Shown one piece after another: positions 21,268 to 28,859 of a stretch of DNA of 37,214 bases. Both the position numbers and the translations under genes were made by a program. The notes under the pieces are model-generated. The model was given only the letters and a program-made list of their open reading frames with translations. It did no database searches and was not told the DNA's origin. Where the stretch lies: the IMG/VR virus record IMGVR_UViG_3300031787_000383, one strand, 5' to 3'. This DNA comes from a virus. How positions within the stretch are numbered: the stretch's first letter is position 1; every line of letters starts with the position of its first letter.

Positions 21268-21577
21268 GGTCTGGCGGTATATGAACGGCCACAAACGCGC
21301 CGTGACCGCGCAACAGCTTGCAGACTATTTCATACAGTCAAAGTCAACGATCATCAAGGTGCTCAATGAACTCAAGAACCAAGGCAAGCTCGAAGTCATC
21401 ATGGCTACAGAGCCCGGTAACGGACGCCGCCCCTACGCCTGGCGGCTCAAACGATCTGGGGGCGTGGCCGTTCCCGAACTGGACGACACGTCGGCCCACC
21501 CACCAGCTCCACGACGCGCCACCTACGACCGACCGATGCTCAACTCCTACCCGCACATACGCGGATATGACGACTGA
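21251..21577 (+). CDS. Winged-helix DNA-binding protein (108 aa)
   Basis: VTAQQLADYFIQSKSTIIKVLNELKNQGKLEVI is an HTH + wing pattern (internal ATG of ORF 21200..21577). Confidence 0.6.
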   Translation: MTTKDKVWRYMNGHKRAVTAQQLADYFIQSKSTIIKVLNELKNQGKLEVIMATEPGNGRRPYAWRLKRSGGVAVPELDDTSAHPPAPRRATYDRPMLNSYPHIRGYDD

Positions 21578-21592
21578 ACTGGGGGACGCAAA

Positions 21593-21913
21593 ATGGTAGA
21601 CATGGTGAACCAGCCGCCGCACTACACGCGAGGCGGCGTGGAGTGCATCGACGCGCTGGCGTCAGCGACCGCAGGGCTGGAAGGACTTGACGCCGTCTGT
21701 ACCGCCAACGCCATCAAGTACCTGTGGCGCTGGAAGTACAAGAACGGCGTCGAGGATTTGCGCAAAGCGCAGTGGTATATCGCTAAGCTGATTGAGACAT
21801 CTGTAACGCCAGAGCCCGACCTTCTTCGACGCGCCTCGCCCAACCGCGACCAAACGTGGACCACGTGGGAAGTGTCTGTAGATAAACCAGACGACGGTCT
21901 TGGAAGCTGTTGA
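21593..21913 (+). CDS. DUF3310-like protein (106 aa); its last ~38 codons run antisense through the endolysin 3' end
   Basis: NQPPHYTRGGVECIDAL...NAIKYLWRWKYKNGVEDLRKAQWYIAKLIE. GGGGGA lies 7 nt upstream of the ATG. Confidence 0.78.
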   Translation: MVDMVNQPPHYTRGGVECIDALASATAGLEGLDAVCTANAIKYLWRWKYKNGVEDLRKAQWYIAKLIETSVTPEPDLLRRASPNRDQTWTTWEVSVDKPDDGLGSC

Positions 21914-22301
21914 TGATGTCTGTTGCCGGCATGGCTGCGATCGCCCGCAACGTCAGCGGGCCGATCGCGCCGTCCGGTGTCGTGCCGATCGTCTCTTGTA
22001 AGAGCTTGGCCGCGCGGCCTGGGCCGCTGTTGATTGCGGTATCAAAGACAACGTAGTCCACGCCCGCAGGCAGCTCGTCGCCTTTCACTTTGTCCCAATA
22101 CTTTTCTTTGTACAGCGGCGAGACGTCAGCAGGCGACAGCGCCCGCATCTCGGCCTCGGTCACAGGCCGACCGCACCACTTCTCCCACGTCGCCTTGGTG
22201 CAGCCAAGGTTAGTCATGCCGCCGGGGTCATCCTTATGGTTTACAAAACCGCCCTCGTGATGCAACACCGCTGCTAACGCCGCGCCCCAGTTCTCTTTCA
22301 T
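21783..22301 (-). CDS. Endolysin, GH108-type muramidase with C-terminal peptidoglycan-binding domain (172 aa)
   Basis: LHHEGGFVNHKDDPGGMTNLGCT N-terminal motif. ATGA overlap with the upstream holin-like gene. Confidence 0.85.
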   Translation of the reverse strand: MKENWGAALAAVLHHEGGFVNHKDDPGGMTNLGCTKATWEKWCGRPVTEAEMRALSPADVSPLYKEKYWDKVKGDELPAGVDYVVFDTAINSGPGRAAKLLQETIGTTPDGAIGPLTLRAIAAMPATDIINSFQDRRLVYLQTLPTWSTFGRGWARRVEEGRALALQMSQSA

Positions 22302-22783
22302 TTCTTGCTCTCGATGGTGTCTTGTTTAGCCTTGGACCCGGCGCTCGAGCCAAAGAAGAAGTTCAAGATCGTTGCAACCACGGTCGCAAGAATGAACCCC
22401 AGCACCGTGTCGGCAAAGCGCACGTTGTCAGTTGGAATCTTAACCATCGTGATCAAGAAAATGTAACCCGCAGCGACGATCGACCAGAAGGTCGCCAGCA
22501 CATAGACGAACGATTTGCTGATGTTGTTGCCGTTGATCAGCGCGGCGATCTGCATCGCGCGGGCGTCAGCGGTGTTCTTGTTCGCCTGCTCGACCATGAA
22601 CTCTTCGTGTTGCATCGCCCGCTCGCGCAGGCGTGTGATGTCCTCGGCGCTCATGTCGGGCTTAAGCTCTACGCCAGTCTTTTCTTGGACGTAGTCAAGC
22701 CCCTTGTCCACGACCGCTTGCGCGACCTTGGGCAAGTTGTTCTGGATGAGGGTAGATACGATACCGGCAACGATGGGCAGCAT
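22298..22783 (-). CDS. Putative holin (161 aa; helical N-terminus plus 2-3 C-terminal TM segments, a layout like the GTA-type 3TM holins)
   Basis: Hydrophobic stretches FVYVLATFWSIVAAGYIFLITMV and VLGFILATVVATILNFFFG. Lies immediately upstream of the endolysin. Confidence 0.5.
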   Translation of the reverse strand: MLPIVAGIVSTLIQNNLPKVAQAVVDKGLDYVQEKTGVELKPDMSAEDITRLRERAMQHEEFMVEQANKNTADARAMQIAALINGNNISKSFVYVLATFWSIVAAGYIFLITMVKIPTDNVRFADTVLGFILATVVATILNFFFGSSAGSKAKQDTIESKK

Positions 22784-22857
22784 TATCGGCTTATCTCCGC
22801 TAAGAAAACCATGAGCGCGCCTACTAGGATCATTACGATAGTTATCAGGTAGTTCAT
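22783..22857 (-). CDS. Possible 24-aa single-TM micro-protein: MNYLITIVMILVGALMVFLAEISR
   Basis: Hand-translated. ATGA overlap upstream and TAATG overlap downstream, so it exactly bridges two genes. Confidence 0.3.
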   Translation of the reverse strand: MNYLITIVMILVGALMVFLAEISR

Positions 22858-23363
22858 TCCGGCCACCGATCCACCATGAACTTGATGATGTGGAAGAGGA
22901 TCAACCCACCCGTAGCGACCACAACCGCAATGAAGATGGCGTCAGAACTGTTCTTGATGAACTTCTTACGCCGGCGCATTTGATCGTAAATCATTTTCTC
23001 GCGCTGCTCTTTGATGCGCCGCCGCATTTGTATGAACTCAAGGTAGCCCTCGCGGCCAAGATGCTGTAGCGCCCCGTAATGGAACCAGTCGTACAGCGAC
23101 TTTTCCATCTCTTTAATCTTGACCTGGGCGGCGTAGGCGTCAAACGCCTCCGCTGTGGCGGATTTGGTGAAGACTAGCTTTTTGAAGAGTGGCGGCTTCT
23201 TGTTTGCCTCAATGTTCATCCACTCTTGCAGATCAGAGACGGCAGACGCCCACTTGCCGAGCTGACCAAAGACATCTTCGGCCTCTCGCCCTAGCTCTAC
23301 CGCCTTCTTCAGTCCGTTGAAGACGGCAGTCGCAGTCGCCAACAGACTGATTGGGTCTAGCAT
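22854..23363 (-). CDS. C-terminally membrane-anchored protein (169 aa), unknown function
   Basis: ORF track (ATG is the second codon). TM segment AIFIAVVVATGGLILFHII near the C-terminus. Confidence 0.65.
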   Translation of the reverse strand: MLDPISLLATATAVFNGLKKAVELGREAEDVFGQLGKWASAVSDLQEWMNIEANKKPPLFKKLVFTKSATAEAFDAYAAQVKIKEMEKSLYDWFHYGALQHLGREGYLEFIQMRRRIKEQREKMIYDQMRRRKKFIKNSSDAIFIAVVVATGGLILFHIIKFMVDRWPE

Positions 23364-23530
23364 CAATGAACCTTCAGAACAATCCCCAACAACAGCAGAA
23401 TAATCGCGCCAGCAGCGCCGATCAAGATGTGCTCAATCCGCTTGATGCGTAGGATTGTCTCGGTCCAGCGCTCTGCGCAGACGGCCTCGTGCGTGTTCAA
23501 GCGAGCCTCCAAGTCATTAGTGGTTGCCAT
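23363..23530 (-). CDS. Small C-terminally anchored membrane protein (55 aa): MATTNDLEARLNTHEAVCAERWTETILRIKRIEHILIGAAGAIILLLLGIVLKVH
   Basis: Hand-translated. GAGG lies 6 nt upstream of the ATG at 23530. TGATG overlap with the next gene. Confidence 0.55.
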   Translation of the reverse strand: MATTNDLEARLNTHEAVCAERWTETILRIKRIEHILIGAAGAIILLLLGIVLKVH

Positions 23531-23533
23531 CCA

Positions 23534-25420
23534 TTACCTCGCAAGGGCGTTATCCACCGGCACCATTTGTCCGGCCTGTTGCGTAAGCAACGCATTGCGC
23601 GCCGCAATATCACTTATCAGCCGCTCGGCAAGCGGGTCGTATCGCGGTTGCGCCGCTCGCTGAGCCATTCCCGACATCAAATAGCGGCGCATCCCACCTG
23701 AAATCATTGACGGGGCTACCGCACCAGCTTGCGAGCCTATAGCCGCACCTGGCGCGCCGCCAGCTAGCGCACCGAGCGCCGCTCCAACTGCGCCAGTTGT
23801 GCCCAACATAGCACCCGAACTAGGAGTGCCAAACTGTTGCGGCATTTGCGTGACGCGCGGGAACACGTTTGCAAATTCACCGATTGTCTTTAGGTCGCCG
23901 GACAGATACCGACCCGCTTGCACTTGGCGTGCTATCTGCTGGGCGTTCACGTTGCCAGAGCCCTCGCGTACTGCATCTTCAATCGTGTGGCTGATAGCCA
24001 TACGTTGCCGGGCGGCGCGGAAGTTATCAAGCATCTGCGCAGCATTTGGCGCTCCGCTTGCAGTGATACCTCGCTCGATTTGATTTTCTAACGCATCCGC
24101 GATGGCGCGTTGCGCGTGTCCGATTTCCGGCTCATTTTTTCTAAAGCTGGCGGAGGCAGAATTCCTCAAACGCTGAACCGCTTGGACGGCGTCACCGGCG
24201 TCAAAATTTTGCACTAAGTGCGCATTGACAAGTTTGGATACTGTATCGGGAACGGCGGCCGGAAATGACCCTGCTGCACCTTGAAACTTTTGCTCTATGT
24301 TGACTAAGTCGTTAACGTAGTTGTTGTCTACGCCGATATTGCCAACTTGCTTGATGGGCGCGTACCCTTTAGCAAACTCATCCGTCCGAATTTTTTGAAG
24401 CGCCTCTGACGTAATTGGCGCGTCTTCTGGCATGCCCACTGCACGGCGTGCTAGCCTGTTGGTCGTTTCTTGGTTCTTAGCCGACATCATCTGTTCAAGC
24501 ATTGTCTTGCCGGCGATTCGTTCAGCTATTACAAAACGACCAGAAACAGGATCGACGCTACCAGGTGGCACGACATAGCCTTCTGCTTGCCCCGCCGCTA
24601 GCGTCATGTCGCGCGGTAGATTTTGCTGTTGTTTTGCTGTAAGCGAGCTTGGAAATACTTGCCGCACCCCGCCAAGCGCCGCTTGCGCCGGGACAGTGAC
24701 CGCTGACAGTGGATTAGTAGCCGTCGCGGCGGCAGTCAACGCGTTTGCAATTTGAGATGCTTGCGCGCCTACGTTTGCGCCTGTTGCAGCTAAAGCATTT
24801 GCCACAGCGGGCGCTTGCATGCGTTGAGCCACGCCCGCACCTGCGCCTAGTGCTCGCTGGCTAATACCCGCTCCGGTCCGTGCAACCCCTGCGCCGCCGG
24901 TCAGTAGCGTAGATAGATCAGCAGCAGCTCCTACAGGGTCTTCTGCCAGCGTACGCTTTAGGTTTTCGTATGACCCGTATCGGTCTTTGTACATGCCACC
25001 CACAGCGTTTGCCATGTCCATAGCTTGCTGAGTAGCGGCAGGGTTGACGTCAAATCTATCTATAAACGCGCGGACTGATTCAGGCATGACAGCGCGAAGC
25101 GCGCCCGCGCCGACGTCCATGACTGCTTTTGCAGTTTGAACAGGCTGCGTAACCGCTTCATACAACCCAGTCGCAAATTGCTTTGCGCTAGCAGGCAAAT
25201 TTTTGGCCGCAGCCAGCGGTACTTCGGTCGCGGCGTAAGTACGTCGCTCTGCTGGCATTGCTTCCGCTGCAGAAGCCGCCTCCGACGTTGCTGCAGAAGC
25301 CGCCATCAAAGATGGCAATTGCGCCTCGATTAGTTTTTGCGCTTGTTCAGGCGTCGTGCCTTCCGGCACTTCAAACCGAGCAATGCGGCCATCAGGCAAC
25401 TCAAATCGTGCAACTGGCAT
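23534..25420 (-). CDS. Internal virion / DNA-ejection protein (628 aa; size and position like P22 gp16)
   Basis: Ala/Gly/Gln-rich; N-terminus MPVARFELPDGRIARFEVPEGTTPEQAQ. Last of three large genes downstream of the fibre genes. Confidence 0.6.
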   Translation of the reverse strand: MPVARFELPDGRIARFEVPEGTTPEQAQKLIEAQLPSLMAASAATSEAASAAEAMPAERRTYAATEVPLAAAKNLPASAKQFATGLYEAVTQPVQTAKAVMDVGAGALRAVMPESVRAFIDRFDVNPAATQQAMDMANAVGGMYKDRYGSYENLKRTLAEDPVGAAADLSTLLTGGAGVARTGAGISQRALGAGAGVAQRMQAPAVANALAATGANVGAQASQIANALTAAATATNPLSAVTVPAQAALGGVRQVFPSSLTAKQQQNLPRDMTLAAGQAEGYVVPPGSVDPVSGRFVIAERIAGKTMLEQMMSAKNQETTNRLARRAVGMPEDAPITSEALQKIRTDEFAKGYAPIKQVGNIGVDNNYVNDLVNIEQKFQGAAGSFPAAVPDTVSKLVNAHLVQNFDAGDAVQAVQRLRNSASASFRKNEPEIGHAQRAIADALENQIERGITASGAPNAAQMLDNFRAARQRMAISHTIEDAVREGSGNVNAQQIARQVQAGRYLSGDLKTIGEFANVFPRVTQMPQQFGTPSSGAMLGTTGAVGAALGALAGGAPGAAIGSQAGAVAPSMISGGMRRYLMSGMAQRAAQPRYDPLAERLISDIAARNALLTQQAGQMVPVDNALAR

Positions 25421-25437
25421 AGCGGCATTCCTTACGG

Positions 25438-26877
25438 CTATCGTTCTTCAAATCCAAGAAATTTAACCCCGCCTGCAGCGGGGGCGGTTGCTGGCGCAGG
25501 TGTCTGAGCGGGCGCGGCACTAGGGGTTGAGCCGCGCAAACGCGGTACGGTGCTGCGCGGCGTTGCGGGCAGCGAAGGCAAATCTATTGGCTCAAATGCT
25601 GGCTCTTCTACTTTGAACCATTCAGCAGCTTTACCCGCTTTTTCTACTGATTTGTTGTGCGCTTGGATGACGTTCCTAGACGCGCGCTCATTGATGTCAA
25701 GAATGCGTCGGATAGCTTTTTCATCCAACGTAATCTTGCCGCCCGCCATTTTTTCAGCGTACTCGCGGTCAGCGTTTGACAAGCCCGTACCCGCACCAAA
25801 CTGTTTGATAAGCTGCCCGACGCTAGCCCCCATAGTAGCGGTAAAGGCTTGTGCATTAGCAGATGCTTCAGCGTACCCAAAATCAATACCTATTGTTTTA
25901 AGGGCTTGATTTAGGTTTACAAGGAACTCTGCGCCGGTGCCGGTCAAAACGCCTTCTTTCAACAACTGACGGCCAGTGTTAATAGTAGCCAAGTTACTGG
26001 CCGCCGACGATGCGCCTTCACGTCCTTTAGCAATTGCTTCTGCTTGCTCTTTGCCCAACGCTGTGACAAGCGCCGTTTCTTGTCGCTGGTCAATGTTAAT
26101 TTGTTGACGCTTAGCTGCTTGCGCCGTCTCATACGCTTGTTTTTGTTCTGGGGTAGCAGTTCTAAGCCATTCAGCCACACGCACGTCTGCGGGCATCTCA
26201 GCCGGGCCTTCCGCCCGCACTAACTGACCAGTGCGAGTGTCAATTGCGCCAACGCGAGGCACGTTATGCAAGGTAGGTGCTTTGACCGCTTCAGCTAACT
26301 CAGTTTTCAAAATTTCCATCCGCGCTTTGGCTTGCGGGATGTTGGGAAATTGCGCAAGTTCTGTCATCTCGCGCCGGATGGCGTCAGGTGAACGAAGTCC
26401 TCGGCCTAGCAGGGCGTTAACAGGCTCGGGCGCTTCTGCGCCTTGCGGCGCTAACGCGTTAATTCTTGCTCCAGCGGGAGCCACTCCCGCAGCGGCAGGC
26501 GCAGTGCCCGGCATAGCCGGAGCAACAGCAGCGCCGGGGGCAGCCGCAGCCGTTGGCTCATTACGTTTCAAAAACGCCGCATAGCCTTCTTGTTCTTTTA
26601 GCTTTTCCAGCATCTGCGTGCCGAGCTGCAGCGTTTTTGGTGACCGCATCAGCGTCTGCGCAACTACCCGCAAATCTGGATTAGCGCCCATTTGCGACAG
26701 CTTTTGCTGAAGTTCCAGCATCTCACGCCGGTCTTGCTCAAGCTGCTCAATCTGCATGCCAGCAATCTTCTGCTGCTGCATGGCACTTTGAATCTGCGTG
26801 ACTTGCGCCATCTGCGCAAGGGGATTCGGGACTTCCAGCCCTTTGACTTGCAGCGCGATGTTGGGGTTAAGCGGCAT
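25438..26877 (-). CDS. Internal virion / DNA-ejection protein (479 aa; size and position like P22 gp20)
   Basis: Gln-rich coiled-coil N-terminus and Ala/Pro-rich linkers; position. Confidence 0.6.
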   Translation of the reverse strand: MPLNPNIALQVKGLEVPNPLAQMAQVTQIQSAMQQQKIAGMQIEQLEQDRREMLELQQKLSQMGANPDLRVVAQTLMRSPKTLQLGTQMLEKLKEQEGYAAFLKRNEPTAAAAPGAAVAPAMPGTAPAAAGVAPAGARINALAPQGAEAPEPVNALLGRGLRSPDAIRREMTELAQFPNIPQAKARMEILKTELAEAVKAPTLHNVPRVGAIDTRTGQLVRAEGPAEMPADVRVAEWLRTATPEQKQAYETAQAAKRQQINIDQRQETALVTALGKEQAEAIAKGREGASSAASNLATINTGRQLLKEGVLTGTGAEFLVNLNQALKTIGIDFGYAEASANAQAFTATMGASVGQLIKQFGAGTGLSNADREYAEKMAGGKITLDEKAIRRILDINERASRNVIQAHNKSVEKAGKAAEWFKVEEPAFEPIDLPSLPATPRSTVPRLRGSTPSAAPAQTPAPATAPAAGGVKFLGFEER

Positions 26878-26886
26878 GGCGTGACC

Positions 26887-28377
26887 TCACAGACCGTACA
26901 TAGACGCGCGACGAACCGCAGCATCTTGTAACGCGTTAACCATATTTTGATTGGCTGAATAATTTAGGTAGGTGTTCAACGCACCTGTCAGCGCGTTAGT
27001 CATGCCGACTTGCCCAGCGGCCTGTGCGGCTGCGCCGCTGGTCGCTAGATTGCCAACGTTGGTGCCGTACTGCCCGGCGGCTGTAGCTTGGTTTGAAGCT
27101 GCAGCTTGCCCCGTGCCCATTAGACTGCCCAACGGCTGCAGTCGATTGGCGCGCTCGGTCTGGAACCGATTGAAAGCGCCGCCGTACTCTTGCGAGGCAA
27201 GGTCTTGGCCGTAGCGCGACAGCGCTTTGCCAGTAGCGCCAGACAACAGACCGCCTCTAGCCGCGCGGCTGGCCTCGAGCGCCTTCATGCCTTCTGACAG
27301 CCGGAACGCGTAGCCGGGGTCGGCTTGGAAGTCTTGCATGCCGAACGGACGAGCGTACCTGCCAAACTCAGCGCCTTGCGTGCCGCCAGGCAAGCCCAAG
27401 AGCGTCAGCAGTTGGTTTTGCGCGCTGATGCCCGCCGTGCGGAACGGCTCTTGCAGCGCCTTTTGCTCTTGATATACCTGATAGGCTTTATCGGCAGCGT
27501 AGCGAGCCGCGTCTGCTTGTGTCTCGGCGGCGTTGCTTGCCGTTATCGCACCTAATACGCCGGTGCCTGCGAGAGCCAAAGGCACCAGCGCGTTTGCGCC
27601 GAGAACGCCCGCTCCTGCGCCGGCTGCACCCGCTAAGCCTGCGCCAGTGAGCGCTGCTGCGCCTGCGCCAGGAATAACAGCGCCTGTGACTGGGTTAAGA
27701 ACGTCTCCGTAACCGCCATAGCCGGAGATGTTCGCGCCTGTTGCGGCGGCACCTGCACCAGCACCAGCACCTGCACCAGCACCAGCACCTGCACCAGCAC
27801 CTGCACCTGCACCTGCACCTGCACCTGCACCTGCACCTGCACCTGCACCTGCACCAGCGGCCCCAGCAGCACCAGCACCAGGCGCAAGCGCGTTTGCACC
27901 TACGCCAAGATTGCTATACGCCTGCCCCAGCGACGCATCAATCCCCGCGTTGCCTAAATTACCGATTGGCGCTAGCGGCGCAGTTGCAACTGGAAACGCC
28001 GTAGCAGTGGCGGCGGGTACGGCTAAACCTTCTGCACCTAACGCGGCTATCTCTGCAGCGCTCAGACCAGCGCCAGCAGCAGGGGCGGCAGCTCCCACCA
28101 CACCGCTTGAACTGATGACAGGGGCAACCGCTTCTGCAACCACGGCGTCTGCTACCGCTTCTCCGGCGCTGTTAATAAAACTGCCGTTAATGTAGGAGTA
28201 GCCCAGCAGCGCGGCGGCTGCTTTGACCGCGTCAGGGTGGACGCCTAGCGGCTCAGCGATAGCATCAGCGGCTCGATTAACGATCTGCCCCGCGACTTGT
28301 ACGCCGCCTTTTACCGCGCCAAGAAGGCCACCGCCGATGTCTTCAACGGCGTTAAAAAAACTGCTGAAGAAGCCCAT
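26887..28377 (-). CDS. Internal virion / ejection-type protein (496 aa) with an uninterrupted poly(Gly-Ala) tract
   Basis: ORF track. TAATG overlap with the upstream gene. The (GA)n tract is encoded by the hexamer array at 27749-27856. Confidence 0.6.
   Translation of the reverse strand: MGFFSSFFNAVEDIGGGLLGAVKGGVQVAGQIVNRAADAIAEPLGVHPDAVKAAAALLGYSYINGSFINSAGEAVADAVVAEAVAPVISSSGVVGAAAPAAGAGLSAAEIAALGAEGLAVPAATATAFPVATAPLAPIGNLGNAGIDASLGQAYSNLGVGANALAPGAGAAGAAGAGAGAGAGAGAGAGAGAGAGAGAGAGAGAGAGAGAAATGANISGYGGYGDVLNPVTGAVIPGAGAAALTGAGLAGAAGAGAGVLGANALVPLALAGTGVLGAITASNAAETQADAARYAADKAYQVYQEQKALQEPFRTAGISAQNQLLTLLGLPGGTQGAEFGRYARPFGMQDFQADPGYAFRLSEGMKALEASRAARGGLLSGATGKALSRYGQDLASQEYGGAFNRFQTERANRLQPLGSLMGTGQAAASNQATAAGQYGTNVGNLATSGAAAQAAGQVGMTNALTGALNTYLNYSANQNMVNALQDAAVRRASMYGL
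27749..27856. repeat. Hexanucleotide microsatellite (GCACCW)18, including 9 identical GCACCT units (27797-27850)
   Basis: Counted unit by unit; in frame (2 codons per unit) within the 496-aa gene. Confidence 0.95.
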
Positions 28378-28712
28378 TAGCTTATCTCCCGACCGCTGAC
28401 GCGGAAGTTCATAGACGCCGCAAGGCTGCCAAGCGTCGAAATAGAGTCGCCCGTGTTCAGGATGTGACCTGCAATCTCTGGGAACGTGTAGGTTTCAGCA
28501 GGTTGCAAAGTCTTTGCCTTAACGATCAGGTTGCTGTCGCCCGCAAGTTGCCCTGCAGGCACCAGATTGACGCTGATTGTACGCGCAGCCGAGCTATAGT
28601 TGGTAGCAGTCATCTTGTCAATGATGACTGCTGTGACCGTCGCCACGTACTGAGTCGTCTGAACCTGTTCGACCGACTTGGCTTCAACCAGCGTTCTGGC
28701 GTTAATTGGCAT
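28377..28712 (-). CDS. Hypothetical virion-module protein (111 aa)
   Basis: ORF track; coupled to the downstream gene by a 1-nt overlap. Confidence 0.65.
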   Translation of the reverse strand: MPINARTLVEAKSVEQVQTTQYVATVTAVIIDKMTATNYSSAARTISVNLVPAGQLAGDSNLIVKAKTLQPAETYTFPEIAGHILNTGDSISTLGSLAASMNFRVSGREIS

Positions 28713-28857
28713 CGCTACCCTCTGCTGGGAGCGGTTGGTTGCCTTCTGCTAGCCATGCTAGGTATTCTCGATAATCACTGTTAGCAGCGTCCGCAGGCAC
28801 CCACGCGCCGTCAGCCAACCGACGCACAATATTTGGAGACGAAGTTAGCTGGTACAT
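28702..28857 (-). CDS. Small fibre-associated protein (51 aa): MYQLTSSPNIVRRLADGAWVPADAANSDYREYLAWLAEGNQPLPAEGSDAN
   Basis: Hand-translated. The ATG lies 2 nt after the fibre stop. The motif DGA-IP-D..N.DY..YLAWLA.GN is common next to phage fibre genes (from memory). Confidence 0.6.
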   Translation of the reverse strand: MYQLTSSPNIVRRLADGAWVPADAANSDYREYLAWLAEGNQPLPAEGSDAN

Positions 28858-28859
28858 AC

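Noticed and set aside
27749-27856. CRISPR-like or other spaced repeat array
   Set aside because: The units are contiguous 6-mers without spacers, lying within a coding frame.
27633-28195. ORFs encoding poly-VQ, poly-AP and poly-HL/HQ (27633-27899 minus, 27728-28195 plus, 27741-28004 plus)
   Set aside because: They are alternative-frame readings of the (GCACCW)n microsatellite. Only the Gly-Ala frame is continuous with a long, well-coupled gene.
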